Origin: a virus
Taxonomy: Duplodnaviria; Caudoviricetes
Direction: 5' to 3' (one strand)
DNA: 64,000 bases
Virus record (IMG/VR): IMGVR_UViG_3300022591_000002
A model generated the notes under the pieces. That model did no database searches, was not told the origin of the DNA, and saw nothing but the letters and a program-made list of their open reading frames with translations. Below, piece after piece: positions 25,821-35,648 of this stretch; position 1 is the stretch's first letter; each line of letters opens with the position of its first letter. Both the position numbers and the translations under genes were made by a program.

Positions 25821-28099
25821 TGTTGGAACCAAGTCAAGACCTAGAAAAAATCTTTGAGCGAAGCGTCAAGATTGCGGCTAATCACAACCACGAATATATT
25901 ACTATTGAACACTTCTTATATAGTGTTTTGCTAGATAATAAAATAGAAAAACTACTTACCGACTTTGGTGCCGACGTAAGCGAACTAAAGGCAAACGTAG
26001 TTAAGTTTATTGACGAAGAACTAAAAGAAATTGCAGTTCCAGAACTTAAACAAAAGCCAAAGAAAACAAATTCAATGGAACGTATGTTGAATCGTGCGTT
26101 TACACAAGTATTGTTCAATGCTCGTAATATCATTGAGCCGTTAGATTGCTTTATTGCTATCTTCCAAGAAAAGAAAAGCCATGCGGCATTCTTCTTGAAG
26201 CAGGCTAAAATTGACAAAGAAAAGTTTGTTGAGTTTATTAACAACGAAGCATTGTTAACCGAAGAAGAAGAAAGTCCAGCAGATGCTAAAGCCGCACATT
26301 TAGAGCGTGTATTAGTTCAATTCTGCTCCAACCTTAACAACAAGGTTAAACAAAAGAAAATTGATCCAGTTATTGGACGTGAAAAAGAAATTGAAGAAAT
26401 TCAACTTGTTCTTGCTCGCCGTACTAAGAGCAACGTAATGATGATCGGTGACCCAGGTGTAGGTAAGACTGCTATTGCAGAAGGACTGGCACGTAACATT
26501 GTTGAAGGTAAAGTTCCTAAGTTTATTTCCGATCATACCGTTTACAACTTAGACATCTCAGCTATGCTTGCTGGTTCTAAATACCGCGGTGACTTTGAAG
26601 AACGTCTAAAAATGGTTATCACAGCACTTGAAAAGAAAAAGAACTGTATCCTGTTTATTGACGAAGCACACATGATGAGTGGTGCAGGTGCAGTTAGTGG
26701 TGGCTCTAATGACATGGCTAATATGTTAAAGCCGGCACTAGGCAAGGGTACTATTAAAGTTATTGCTTCAACTACATGGGAAGAGTTCCGTAAGCACTTT
26801 GAAAAGGATCGTGCTCTAATGCGTCGATTCCAACGTGTTACAGTTGACGAGCCTAACGAAGCAACCGCTATTAAGATCATGAAAGGTCTTAAGAAGTATT
26901 ACGAAAAACATCACGGTGTTAAGATTACTAATCAAGCTATTATTGATTCAGTTAAGTATTCTACAAAATACATTAGCGATCGTAAGTTACCAGATAAGGC
27001 TATTGACTTAATCGACTGCGCTTCTGCACGTTTTAAAGTACGTGACGAAGAAGGTGGTACTGTTGATCATGATGAAATCGTTTTTGAAGTAGCTAAGATC
27101 ACAGGCTTGCCATTAGAACAAGTTGCGGCCAAAGAAAACAAGAACCTTAAAGACCTCGAAAAGAATATGCGTGGTAAGGTTTATGGTCAAGACAAAGCTA
27201 TCGATGTATTACTTGATAAGATTTACATTAGTCAAGCAGGTCTTAAATCACTTAACAAGCCAGTTGGTAACTTCTTGTTTGTTGGCCCTACAGGTTGTGG
27301 TAAGACTGAAACGGCTAAAGCACTTGCATCAAGCATGGGTGTAGAACTTGTACGCTTTGATATGAGTGAATTCCAAGAACAGCACTCTGTAGCTAAGTTT
27401 ATTGGTGCGCCTCCGGGCTATGTTGGCTTCGATGACAACGCAGGTCAGTTGGTAACTAAACTACAAGAACATCCTAACTGTGTTCTATTGTTAGACGAAA
27501 TTGAAAAAGCACATCCTAGTGTTAGCCAAGTATTACTAGGCCTAATGGATAACGGCTTTATCACAGGTTCTAATGGTAAGAAAGCAGATGGTCGCCAAGC
27601 TATTGTTATTATGACATCAAACTTGGGTGCGGCAGATGCTGAGAAGAACGCTGTAGGTTTTGGTAGTTTAGAAAAAGACGGTGATCCTAAGGATGCTGTT
27701 AACAGTTTCTTTGCTCCAGAGTTCCGCAATCGTTTAGATGGCATTATTAAGTTTGGTAAACTTGAGCATACTACTATGGTACGTATTATCAAGAAATTTA
27801 TCGACGAACTTAACAGCCTACTCAAAGACAAGAGTGTTCATGTTAAGCCAGATACTGATGCTGTTGAATGGCTAGTTAAGAAGGGCTTCGATCGCAAGAT
27901 GGGTGCTCGTCCATTACAACGCATTATTGACGAATCTATTAAGAAACCTTTATCTAGAGAGATCCTATTTGGTCACTTGGTTAACGGTGGTATTGTAGAA
28001 TTAACTATTAAGAACAATGCTATTGATTTCAACTATGTTGATGTACTACCAGTAGCAACAGTAGAAGATAGTGTCGAAGATGCTCCTGAAGCCAACTGA
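25820..28099 (+). CDS. clpA: ClpA-like Hsp100 AAA+ ATPase
   Basis: Clp N-domain, GDPGVGKT and GPTGCGKT Walker A, two Walker B motifs, GAPPGYVG pore loop, VGF ClpP-docking loop, MGARPL. Confidence 0.92.
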   Translation: MLEPSQDLEKIFERSVKIAANHNHEYITIEHFLYSVLLDNKIEKLLTDFGADVSELKANVVKFIDEELKEIAVPELKQKPKKTNSMERMLNRAFTQVLFNARNIIEPLDCFIAIFQEKKSHAAFFLKQAKIDKEKFVEFINNEALLTEEEESPADAKAAHLERVLVQFCSNLNNKVKQKKIDPVIGREKEIEEIQLVLARRTKSNVMMIGDPGVGKTAIAEGLARNIVEGKVPKFISDHTVYNLDISAMLAGSKYRGDFEERLKMVITALEKKKNCILFIDEAHMMSGAGAVSGGSNDMANMLKPALGKGTIKVIASTTWEEFRKHFEKDRALMRRFQRVTVDEPNEATAIKIMKGLKKYYEKHHGVKITNQAIIDSVKYSTKYISDRKLPDKAIDLIDCASARFKVRDEEGGTVDHDEIVFEVAKITGLPLEQVAAKENKNLKDLEKNMRGKVYGQDKAIDVLLDKIYISQAGLKSLNKPVGNFLFVGPTGCGKTETAKALASSMGVELVRFDMSEFQEQHSVAKFIGAPPGYVGFDDNAGQLVTKLQEHPNCVLLLDEIEKAHPSVSQVLLGLMDNGFITGSNGKKADGRQAIVIMTSNLGAADAEKNAVGFGSLEKDGDPKDAVNSFFAPEFRNRLDGIIKFGKLEHTTMVRIIKKFIDELNSLLKDKSVHVKPDTDAVEWLVKKGFDRKMGARPLQRIIDESIKKPLSREILFGHLVNGGIVELTIKNNAIDFNYVDVLPVATVEDSVEDAPEAN

Positions 28100-28751
28100 T
28101 AAATTATACTACGGCAAATACCCCTATAAGATCGACTTTGATCTTTATGGGGTGTCTTTACTACGTGTTCGCGGGCTCGACTGGGCAAAAGAATACTGTA
28201 ATGATAAAAATAGACTGTGTTCTTGGGTAGATGAAAAGCGCATTAATAGAAAAGAACTAAAGAAGTTTATTCTAGCTTTAGAGCCTTATATCACCAAAGA
28301 AGACGGGTTTAAAACTAGAACAGAAGGCAGTCGTTTTAGTTACTATACTGCCGATCTGGACGAAATTAAAACTTTGTCAAAAGAATTAAAATGGTGCTGT
28401 TCAGAGACTTGGGGTCCTACTACTCAACAAGAACTAGACTATTTGCTATCAAACAGACGTAAGATGTTATGCGATGCATTACCTTACGAGCAGTATAGAT
28501 TTAAAGTATTCTTGCGAGAAAATACTCCAGTAGGTGTTAGAACACAATTCCACACTTGGAAAAGCAACTACACACAAGATGATATTAAAGTAAGTGGTAG
28601 CACAGAATACTGGCTATCAGGCTCTAAACGATACGTACAAAGCCCTTTTTTCTACATTAAAGACGAAAAATTACTTACTTTTGCCAGCCTTTTCCTATCT
28701 AGTCACGTTAAAACGGTGTATGAATACATTCCTCGGCATACTGTTATTTGA
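28071..28751 (+). CDS. hypothetical protein
   Basis: 226-aa ORF overlapping the clpA end; start GTG 28071 or ATG 28080. Confidence 0.65.
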   Translation: MSKMLLKPTDKLYYGKYPYKIDFDLYGVSLLRVRGLDWAKEYCNDKNRLCSWVDEKRINRKELKKFILALEPYITKEDGFKTRTEGSRFSYYTADLDEIKTLSKELKWCCSETWGPTTQQELDYLLSNRRKMLCDALPYEQYRFKVFLRENTPVGVRTQFHTWKSNYTQDDIKVSGSTEYWLSGSKRYVQSPFFYIKDEKLLTFASLFLSSHVKTVYEYIPRHTVI

Positions 28752-28758
28752 ATAAATA
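28751..28758 (+). promoter_or_regulatory. late-promoter variant AATAAATA
   Basis: 19 nt upstream of ATG 28778, with GAGGA RBS between. Confidence 0.5.
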
Positions 28759-28777
28759 ATGGGTCAGAGGAACCTTT

Positions 28778-29236
28778 ATGCCGGCTATAAGCAAATCACT
28801 TCAATTCGATCTAACAATACTAGGTGTTACGACACAGACTCAAGTGTCTATAACAATGCCCCAGATTTATCAGGGCCAACCTACGTTTAATCGCACACTA
28901 ACATTCACTAGTAATCCAGAGCCCGGTGCTGGATACTACGGAATTCCTGCAGGATTACATACTGTGACCTATACAGTAGGTGGTGCATTCAGAGGTGAAT
29001 GTACTATGCAAGCTACTCTAGCAACAGTTCCTACAGAAGGCGACTGGTTTGATGTATATCAAACTCCTATACAGTTTGATGGAACAGAAACTACAGGTTC
29101 TACTAGCTTAGGCACCACTAGTCGCACAGTACCAACCGTTACTCGTTATGTAACATTCGTAGGCAACTTTACATACGTTAGAAGTAAAGTTGATATCAAT
29201 CAAGGTACTATGCTTGGAATAAGGTATAACTTTTAA
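28778..29236 (+). CDS. hypothetical beta-rich protein, probably structural
   Basis: Thr/Gly-rich; G..YYG...GLHTVTY motif; behind a late promoter. Confidence 0.6.
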   Translation: MPAISKSLQFDLTILGVTTQTQVSITMPQIYQGQPTFNRTLTFTSNPEPGAGYYGIPAGLHTVTYTVGGAFRGECTMQATLATVPTEGDWFDVYQTPIQFDGTETTGSTSLGTTSRTVPTVTRYVTFVGNFTYVRSKVDINQGTMLGIRYNF

Positions 29237-29237
29237 T

Positions 29238-29621
29238 ATGAAACTTTACGAATTTTTTGGCCATCAGAATTTAGACTTTTACAAAGGCTCTGAACAAGAT
29301 AACGCCCACGAAGAGAAAAAAGAACAAAATACACATATGGCAGATGACTTATTCTGGTATATAGTAGACCACGACGATCTGCATAAAAAAGATTTCTTTG
29401 AAAAAGCAGATACAATTAGAACAAAACACAAGAATGACGAAGGTCACGATCCTAAGGTTTGGGAAGATATGGTTAAGAAAGGTTGCGTAGACTTTTTCCA
29501 TCATCACAAAATGAAGGGTGACATCAAAGAACTTTTTGACAAAGATCTAAGAGATGAACTATGTCAACGCCTAGCCGATCATTATCACAAGGATATCATT
29601 GACGGCACATATAAGCTGTAA
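29238..29621 (+). CDS. probable internal head protein
   Basis: MKLYEFF N-terminal LxE motif; highly charged. Confidence 0.6.
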   Translation: MKLYEFFGHQNLDFYKGSEQDNAHEEKKEQNTHMADDLFWYIVDHDDLHKKDFFEKADTIRTKHKNDEGHDPKVWEDMVKKGCVDFFHHHKMKGDIKELFDKDLRDELCQRLADHYHKDIIDGTYKL

Positions 29622-29630
29622 GGGACCTTA

Positions 29631-32600
29631 ATGTTTCTAAATGAAATATTCAATCGTAAAGTAGTAGCAACCGTTATCGCAGAAGGCGGTAATGTTTCCT
29701 CACAAAGTCCAGGCTGGCAAGGCGTTCCCGGCGAGCACAAAGCCGACGAGATTGATCTGAAGTTACACAATCGTACATTTATGGTTGGCAAGATTGCCGA
29801 TACACTATATGCTATCAACAATGCCTATGCCAAAGCAAATGGTGCTCCGATTTGGGATCCATCATTAATTAACAAACGTGAAGCACTAAGCGGAAGTAGT
29901 ATTCAATTCTTTGACGTTGAAGGTATTTCCGATGACGACTTCCTTAATAAACTAAAGAAACAAAAAGTAGGCGACATTGACACGCAAGTTGATCAACAGA
30001 TTGGCGATCAATTACACAAATGGCTTACTAGTGTTATTGGAAAGAAGATCGGCCCTGCTACTTTCTTAGGATTTAATAGTTCATTATCTGGCCTATGGTT
30101 ATTAGATGATCCACAAGTACGTGTACAGATTGACTTTGAATTAGGTCCGTACACACAAGCAACAGATAAAGAACCTGCTAAACCAACTGAATGGTTTAAG
30201 TTTAGTCACAGTTCACATCTAGATGATTTGAGTGCAGGTATTAAAGGTGTATTCCATAAATGGATCTACCGTGCTATTCCACACGCACAAACTAGTACCA
30301 AATATGTTGCCCGTGTACTTAAGAAGAGTACAAAGATCAGTGACGAGCCAGTAACAGACAGCGACTTTAGTTTTGCAGTTACAGGCGGACAAGGTGGCGG
30401 ATTAAGTTTAAAATACAAACCTTATATCAATCCAGAAACAGGTAAGCCAGGCATGATTGGCAATCTCCCTGTTATGCAGTTATTAAGTCCAGACCAACGT
30501 GACTACGATCAGAACCTTGCAAGTCAGTTTGAAAAATTGCTTGGCAAGAAACCAACTGCACAAGATTCTGCAGGTCAACAGAGTTTTGTTGGCACTATAC
30601 AGTTACTAAACAAATACATGAACGAAGAGCAACGTGAAGAAATTGCTCAACGTTTCTTAGATTTAAACTTCTCTCCAGAAGCACAAATGATTACTGCTGG
30701 TGATCCAGTTAGAGATCGCGACACAAAGTTTGCGGCAATTGATGCTATGTTGCTTGGCGGTAATGGAGTACAACCTCTTAAGATTGCCAACGCTAAAGGA
30801 CTACGCCAACAGGCAGTTAAGATGGCTATGGAATACGAAGCCAAGTTTAACGCTAAACCTAAGAAGGCCGCAACAGAATCTTTTTTAAGAGAGGCTGACG
30901 AGCCAGAACAACCAGCTGTTAAGGCACAGCTACGTAAAGGTATGCCACACCTACGTGATTTAAAGTCAGTTGACTTTTTAGATCTACTAGACGAACTGCA
31001 TCAAGGTAACGGACAATTTAAGTTACAAAATATTCCATTGAATGTTAAGGTAGACGGCTTTGGCGGACGCTTTGGTAAGAACGCAGAAGGCAAACCTTTC
31101 ATGGGTACTAGCCGCACCGAGCCACGTTACGAAGCAGGCTTTTTAAAGTATCATCAACAAAAAGGTACCGAGGATCCAGAGATCCTAGGCCGTGCAAAAG
31201 TATTTGATGAGTTGTTTAACGAGATGATGGCCGCTGTTAAATTAGTCGACAGCAAACTAGGTCCAAAGTTTTTAGTTAATAAACAAGTTACTTGCGAAGT
31301 TCTATTCCTGCCATTTGCCACAGAAACAGATGAAGGTAAATTAAAGTTTGTTGGTATTCACTATGACAAACTACCGCAGGGTGTTCAATTAGCTTTAGTT
31401 CCATTCCGTGTGGTTGATGCAGACACAGGTGAAGACTTACCTGATAGTCAAGCATACATTAAGAAATTACTAAGTGTCGGCAAGTCAGGTAGCGTAATGT
31501 TTATTGACAACAGCCTAACACAACAAGAAGCATTAGATGTAACTGCTATGGTTCCTCCATTAGAAAACATTGAGCAGTTCAAGGCTATGTTAGCTAGTAA
31601 GAAACGTGATCAGGCCGCAGAAGTTAAAGCCGCACTTGAACCAGTTAAACTAGCATTAGAAAAAGCAATTATTAATGACCCTAACATCTTAGGTAAAGAT
31701 ATATTAGGTAAGGACTACGAAGGTATTGTTATTAACAGTCGCCTAGGTCCTATTAAAGTTACTAGCCAAGAACAGCGTGATGTTATTGCGGCTAAGAATG
31801 CGGCTAAAGCATCAGCAAGAACAGAACGTCCACGTGGTGAAAATAAAACTGCCGTAGTTGCTATTGGTAGTTTCGTTGGGCACATTGGTCACGAACAGTT
31901 ATTTGAGTACACAATTAATAAAGCAAAACAAGTAGGCGGTGATCCTTACTTGTTTATTGGTAATGCACAAGGCAAGGACGATCCTATTCCTCCAGCTGTT
32001 AAAGTACAGACATGGCATAAGATGTATCCTAACTATGCTAACCATATCAGTACTGTAACACAAGAGGGCGGAAGTTTGATGCAAAAGATCAAACACGAAT
32101 TGATCAATCCGTTGCCAGGTAAGCCTCCACGCTATGATAATATTATCATCATGGTGGGAGAAGATCAAGCCAACATGCCCATTGCAGGCGCACTGATGAA
32201 AGCGGTTAACAAGTTTCAAGGGTACGAACACGTTAAAGTTACATTAGAAGCTACACCACGCGGTACTGGCATGAGCTTTACTAAGTTGCGCAATATTTTA
32301 AAAGATCCTAATGCTACTCCAGAACAACAGTTAAAAGTTTGGTGTCAAGGATTTGATGTTAAGAAATTAGGTGCCGAATGGATTAAACATCTAATGGACT
32401 TAACTCGCAAAGGTATGGGCATTGCCCCGACACACGTAAGTCCAAGTGGTGCTAAGACTAATATGAGTCCAAAAGATGACGACTACGCAATTAACTATGG
32501 AAAAAATGGTATGGCCGCACAAGATAAACAAGAACAACCTATGTCTGAAAGTAAACAGCCATTAGGTAGACTATTCAACGAAATCATTGGTGTTGCTAGT

Positions 32601-32948
32601 CCTGTCACAGAAGCTATGCTACCTAAGAAAGCATTTGCAGGTGCGGACAAGAACAAACTAGGCACAGCAGGACAAGCACGTGGAGAACCTAAGAAAAGTC
32701 AAAAGGCTCCACTAAAAGGTCTAATGGTAGGCGAAGATGGTGTTGAAGAAGCCGCTATTGCTATTGCTAAAAAGAAAAAGAAAGATGTTAAAGAAGTAAA
32801 GCAACGCCTTGATCCAAAGTGCTGGAAAGGTTATCGCAAAGCTGGTACAAAGATGAAAGGCGGCAAGCGTGTTAATAACTGTGTCCCAGTTAGCGAAGAC
32901 GTTGAAAGCGTAATGGGTAGTTTGATTGCTATCCTAGAATCAAAATGA
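29631..32948 (+). CDS. multidomain nucleotidyltransferase: Pol-beta-type NTase + ligase-like (KxDG) domain + HIGH-family NTase + CWxGY tail
   Basis: SGSS...GDID...QID; NVKVDG...YEGIVI; GSFVGHIGHE...VGED...SFTKLR; C-terminal CWKGYRKAGTKMKGGKRVNNCVP. Confidence 0.7.
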   Translation: MFLNEIFNRKVVATVIAEGGNVSSQSPGWQGVPGEHKADEIDLKLHNRTFMVGKIADTLYAINNAYAKANGAPIWDPSLINKREALSGSSIQFFDVEGISDDDFLNKLKKQKVGDIDTQVDQQIGDQLHKWLTSVIGKKIGPATFLGFNSSLSGLWLLDDPQVRVQIDFELGPYTQATDKEPAKPTEWFKFSHSSHLDDLSAGIKGVFHKWIYRAIPHAQTSTKYVARVLKKSTKISDEPVTDSDFSFAVTGGQGGGLSLKYKPYINPETGKPGMIGNLPVMQLLSPDQRDYDQNLASQFEKLLGKKPTAQDSAGQQSFVGTIQLLNKYMNEEQREEIAQRFLDLNFSPEAQMITAGDPVRDRDTKFAAIDAMLLGGNGVQPLKIANAKGLRQQAVKMAMEYEAKFNAKPKKAATESFLREADEPEQPAVKAQLRKGMPHLRDLKSVDFLDLLDELHQGNGQFKLQNIPLNVKVDGFGGRFGKNAEGKPFMGTSRTEPRYEAGFLKYHQQKGTEDPEILGRAKVFDELFNEMMAAVKLVDSKLGPKFLVNKQVTCEVLFLPFATETDEGKLKFVGIHYDKLPQGVQLALVPFRVVDADTGEDLPDSQAYIKKLLSVGKSGSVMFIDNSLTQQEALDVTAMVPPLENIEQFKAMLASKKRDQAAEVKAALEPVKLALEKAIINDPNILGKDILGKDYEGIVINSRLGPIKVTSQEQRDVIAAKNAAKASARTERPRGENKTAVVAIGSFVGHIGHEQLFEYTINKAKQVGGDPYLFIGNAQGKDDPIPPAVKVQTWHKMYPNYANHISTVTQEGGSLMQKIKHELINPLPGKPPRYDNIIIMVGEDQANMPIAGALMKAVNKFQGYEHVKVTLEATPRGTGMSFTKLRNILKDPNATPEQQLKVWCQGFDVKKLGAEWIKHLMDLTRKGMGIAPTHVSPSGAKTNMSPKDDDYAINYGKNGMAAQDKQEQPMSESKQPLGRLFNEIIGVASPVTEAMLPKKAFAGADKNKLGTAGQARGEPKKSQKAPLKGLMVGEDGVEEAAIAIAKKKKKDVKEVKQRLDPKCWKGYRKAGTKMKGGKRVNNCVPVSEDVESVMGSLIAILESK

Positions 32949-33247
32949 AACAGTTTAAGATAACCACAGAACACTTAAATACAGATAGTCCAGATGACGC
33001 CTACCTTGCGCCAGATGATCCTATACACGAATTAAAAATTGTACAGTATCTAGCAGGGTTAGGGTCAGAAGCTAGATTACAAGAATACAGAATAAAAACA
33101 GCCGAGCAACAAGGTGGTAGTAATATAACAAAGACTGCTAACGAAAATGCTCGGATTATGCGTGAACAAAACATTAAACCCGGAACACCAGAGTGGTTCA
33201 AGTTATGGTTTAGTTTACCGTACTTAACAGGCGAAAAGAAAGAATGA
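32945..33247 (+). CDS. hypothetical protein
   Basis: 100-aa ORF with ATGA coupling; IKPGTPEWFKLWF motif. Confidence 0.65.
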   Translation: MKQFKITTEHLNTDSPDDAYLAPDDPIHELKIVQYLAGLGSEARLQEYRIKTAEQQGGSNITKTANENARIMREQNIKPGTPEWFKLWFSLPYLTGEKKE

Positions 33248-33621
33248 GAGCAAACGAATTTATCAATGAAGGCAAAAATAAAATGCCTGACTCTGCTACA
33301 CAAGGAATTCCTGGCGCACATCGCTGGGATCAATTAGATAACTCTAGCCCGTATCACGCATATCGCTTTGGTGTAGCTCTTGCAGGCATGCCTGACTATC
33401 CTATGAACTTAGAAGGCCCAGTTGGACAAAAGACTGTAACAATTGGTTACACAGAAGCCGACGATGAAATTATTAAAGCAACTGGCAAGCACTTAGGATT
33501 CCAAGGTCTTGTACTAACACCGCGTGGTAGTAAAGAATTATCAGACACTGATACAAAGAGTCCAGTAGCAGATTGGCGTAAGAATGATACGGAAAAAGCC
33601 AAGGTTGCAAAAAAGAAATAA
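33244..33621 (+). CDS. probable internal head protein
   Basis: MRANEFINEG N-terminus; PYHAYRFGVALAG motif. Confidence 0.65.
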   Translation: MRANEFINEGKNKMPDSATQGIPGAHRWDQLDNSSPYHAYRFGVALAGMPDYPMNLEGPVGQKTVTIGYTEADDEIIKATGKHLGFQGLVLTPRGSKELSDTDTKSPVADWRKNDTEKAKVAKKK

Positions 33622-33633
33622 AGATGTTATAAT
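33605..33633 (+). promoter_or_regulatory. sigma70-type promoter with extended -10
   Basis: TTGCAA-17nt-TATAAT, preceded by TGn. Confidence 0.7.
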
Positions 33634-33639
33634 ACTAAC

Positions 33640-34494
33640 ATGAAAAAAGATGAATTTGCACAAGGAGTAGGAAATACAGCTTTCCAAGTTGGAAAAGCCC
33701 TATCTCAATCTAAACAAGCACCAGTTAAGTCAGGCGGATCCAGTGCGCCTAAAATTTATCTAGATATGGACGGAGTGCTTGCAGACTTCTTTACTGAATA
33801 TGCTAAACTTGCTGGAATTACTAACGGCAACTATAGAGATATTCCTCCAGCAAAAACAGATCCAACATTAAACAAAATGGTAGGCACAGACTTCTTTGCT
33901 CGCTTACCAGAATGTCGCAATGCACAGCAAGTAGTAGAGATGGCATTAGAATTTGCTAAATCGCATGGTGCCAAGGGGTATTGCATTTGCTCTAGCCCCC
34001 TACGTGGCGATCATCAAAACTCAGAAGTACAAAAAAGAATTTGGATTCAGAAACATCTAAACCCGCAACCTACTGAAATTATTATTGCGGCTGACAAATC
34101 AAAGTACGCTGTACAACAAGACGGTACTCCTAATATCTTAATTGATGACAGGGGCAGTAATATCAGCGGTTGGGAAGCTAAGGGCGGAATTGGTATTAAA
34201 TACCAAGCAGATGAAAACGGCTTAGATGTTATCGTTAACGGCCTAAGTCGTGCTAACAAGATCTTAAAAGGTCAAGAAAAGCACAAACCCCAACAGATGG
34301 TTAGTAAAGATCGCAGTATGCCTGTAGCAACACAAAAAGATCATCCAACCAGTGCGGCTGACGTTAAAGAAGCCGCAACTGGAGGTAGTACTAGTGTTGG
34401 TTCTGGAGTTGGCGGTGGTGCCGCTGTGCCTGTAGTTGTAGGCGGCAAAGGCAAGAAAGCAAAAGTTATAAGACGAGCAAGCATAGTAGTCTAA
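33640..34494 (+). CDS. HAD-superfamily 5'(3')-deoxyribonucleotidase-like phosphatase
   Basis: IYLDMDGVLADF, SSP, K..W, ILIDDR...W...GGIGI. Confidence 0.82.
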   Translation: MKKDEFAQGVGNTAFQVGKALSQSKQAPVKSGGSSAPKIYLDMDGVLADFFTEYAKLAGITNGNYRDIPPAKTDPTLNKMVGTDFFARLPECRNAQQVVEMALEFAKSHGAKGYCICSSPLRGDHQNSEVQKRIWIQKHLNPQPTEIIIAADKSKYAVQQDGTPNILIDDRGSNISGWEAKGGIGIKYQADENGLDVIVNGLSRANKILKGQEKHKPQQMVSKDRSMPVATQKDHPTSAADVKEAATGGSTSVGSGVGGGAAVPVVVGGKGKKAKVIRRASIVV

Positions 34495-34503
34495 GGAACG
34501 GTT

Positions 34504-35277
34504 ATGATCAACGAACACAAAAAAGGCGTCAAAGCCGTAAAATATACAAAAAAAGCCAAAGGTATAGAACCAATGAAGCCACGCAACTTTGTTGCAAAGA
34601 ATGCCGTTAATACTGGTGCAGGCGCACATACTGATAAAAAGAAAGCCGCAAAGCAAGGCATAACAAAACACAAAAAGAGTTATGCTGAAGCATTAGAAGC
34701 TGAATTGAAACAGTTAAGCGAACTAAAAGATACTACAAAAGCCAGTTACAAAGAAAAAGCACAAGCTCAAGTTAAAGAATTAGAGCCACACGCTAAAAAC
34801 GGTGAGTATAAAGATATTGCCCAACGTGCGATTGACCGCCGTAAAAAAGGTTTAGCAAAAGTTAAAGAAAGCTGGACACACGATACATTAGCCGCAGAAT
34901 TATTTGAAACTCCGTCATACGAAACTCGTCTACAAGAAATGTTAGAAGGTGCAGTTGCGTTTATGGAAGGTGGTACTGATGATGGTGTTACAATGTTTTC
35001 AAAGAGCCCAGGTAGTCATCAACATTTAAACGATGCAAGTGACGACCATAAATCAAGAGAAAAAGACCTAGAGGGCGATACTGTTAAGAATAGTTTGCAC
35101 ACTATTGTTCGTGTAGCTACTCATTTAGAAAAAGCAGTAACTGATGACGAAGAATTTCCAGAATGGGTTTCAGAAAAGATTGGTGCTATCAAAAGCATGA
35201 TGGTAAGTGTTATGGACTATGTTATTAGTTCGCATGAACAACAAGACGGAGATCGATTAGATCACGGGCCTAAATAA
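34504..35277 (+). CDS. probable internal head protein (composite of short motifs)
   Basis: MINE N-terminus, PRNFVAKN..GAGAH, LSELKDTTKASYKEKA repeat-type motif, EWVSEKI motif. Confidence 0.65.
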   Translation: MINEHKKGVKAVKYTKKAKGIEPMKPRNFVAKNAVNTGAGAHTDKKKAAKQGITKHKKSYAEALEAELKQLSELKDTTKASYKEKAQAQVKELEPHAKNGEYKDIAQRAIDRRKKGLAKVKESWTHDTLAAELFETPSYETRLQEMLEGAVAFMEGGTDDGVTMFSKSPGSHQHLNDASDDHKSREKDLEGDTVKNSLHTIVRVATHLEKAVTDDEEFPEWVSEKIGAIKSMMVSVMDYVISSHEQQDGDRLDHGPK

Positions 35278-35296
35278 GCCAAATTACAATCAAGAC

Positions 35297-35325
35297 TTGA
35301 CAATCTCCTGTTGCTAGTATATAAT
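35297..35325 (+). promoter_or_regulatory. sigma70-type promoter in a hairpin
   Basis: TTGACA-17nt-TATAAT perfect consensus. Confidence 0.85.
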
Positions 35326-35345
35326 TACTAACACAGGAGATTTTT

Positions 35346-35648
35346 ATGAGCAAAGTATTTGGCGCACCAGAACAGGCTAAGATTAAACAATTGATTTCTG
35401 AGGGTGTAACAGTCCTACAAGAAATTGAAGATTTGAACGAAGGCCTCAACGACACTATCAAAGCTGTCGCAGAAGAACTAGAAGTTAAACCTAGTATTAT
35501 TAAAAAAGCAATCAAGATCGCACAAAAAGGCGACTGGGATCGTGTATTCACAGAATTTGATGATTTGGAAACTATCGTTGAAGTTAGTGGTCACGCTATT
35601 CGTCAAAGTGATTACGATGCAGAAAATCCAAACCGTACTGAAAATTAA
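35346..35648 (+). CDS. T4 DsbA/GapR-like dsDNA-binding protein
   Basis: Coiled-coil ..EIEDLNEGLNDTIKAVAEELEVKPSIIKKAIK.. pattern; AGGAGA RBS. Confidence 0.6.
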   Translation: MSKVFGAPEQAKIKQLISEGVTVLQEIEDLNEGLNDTIKAVAEELEVKPSIIKKAIKIAQKGDWDRVFTEFDDLETIVEVSGHAIRQSDYDAENPNRTEN

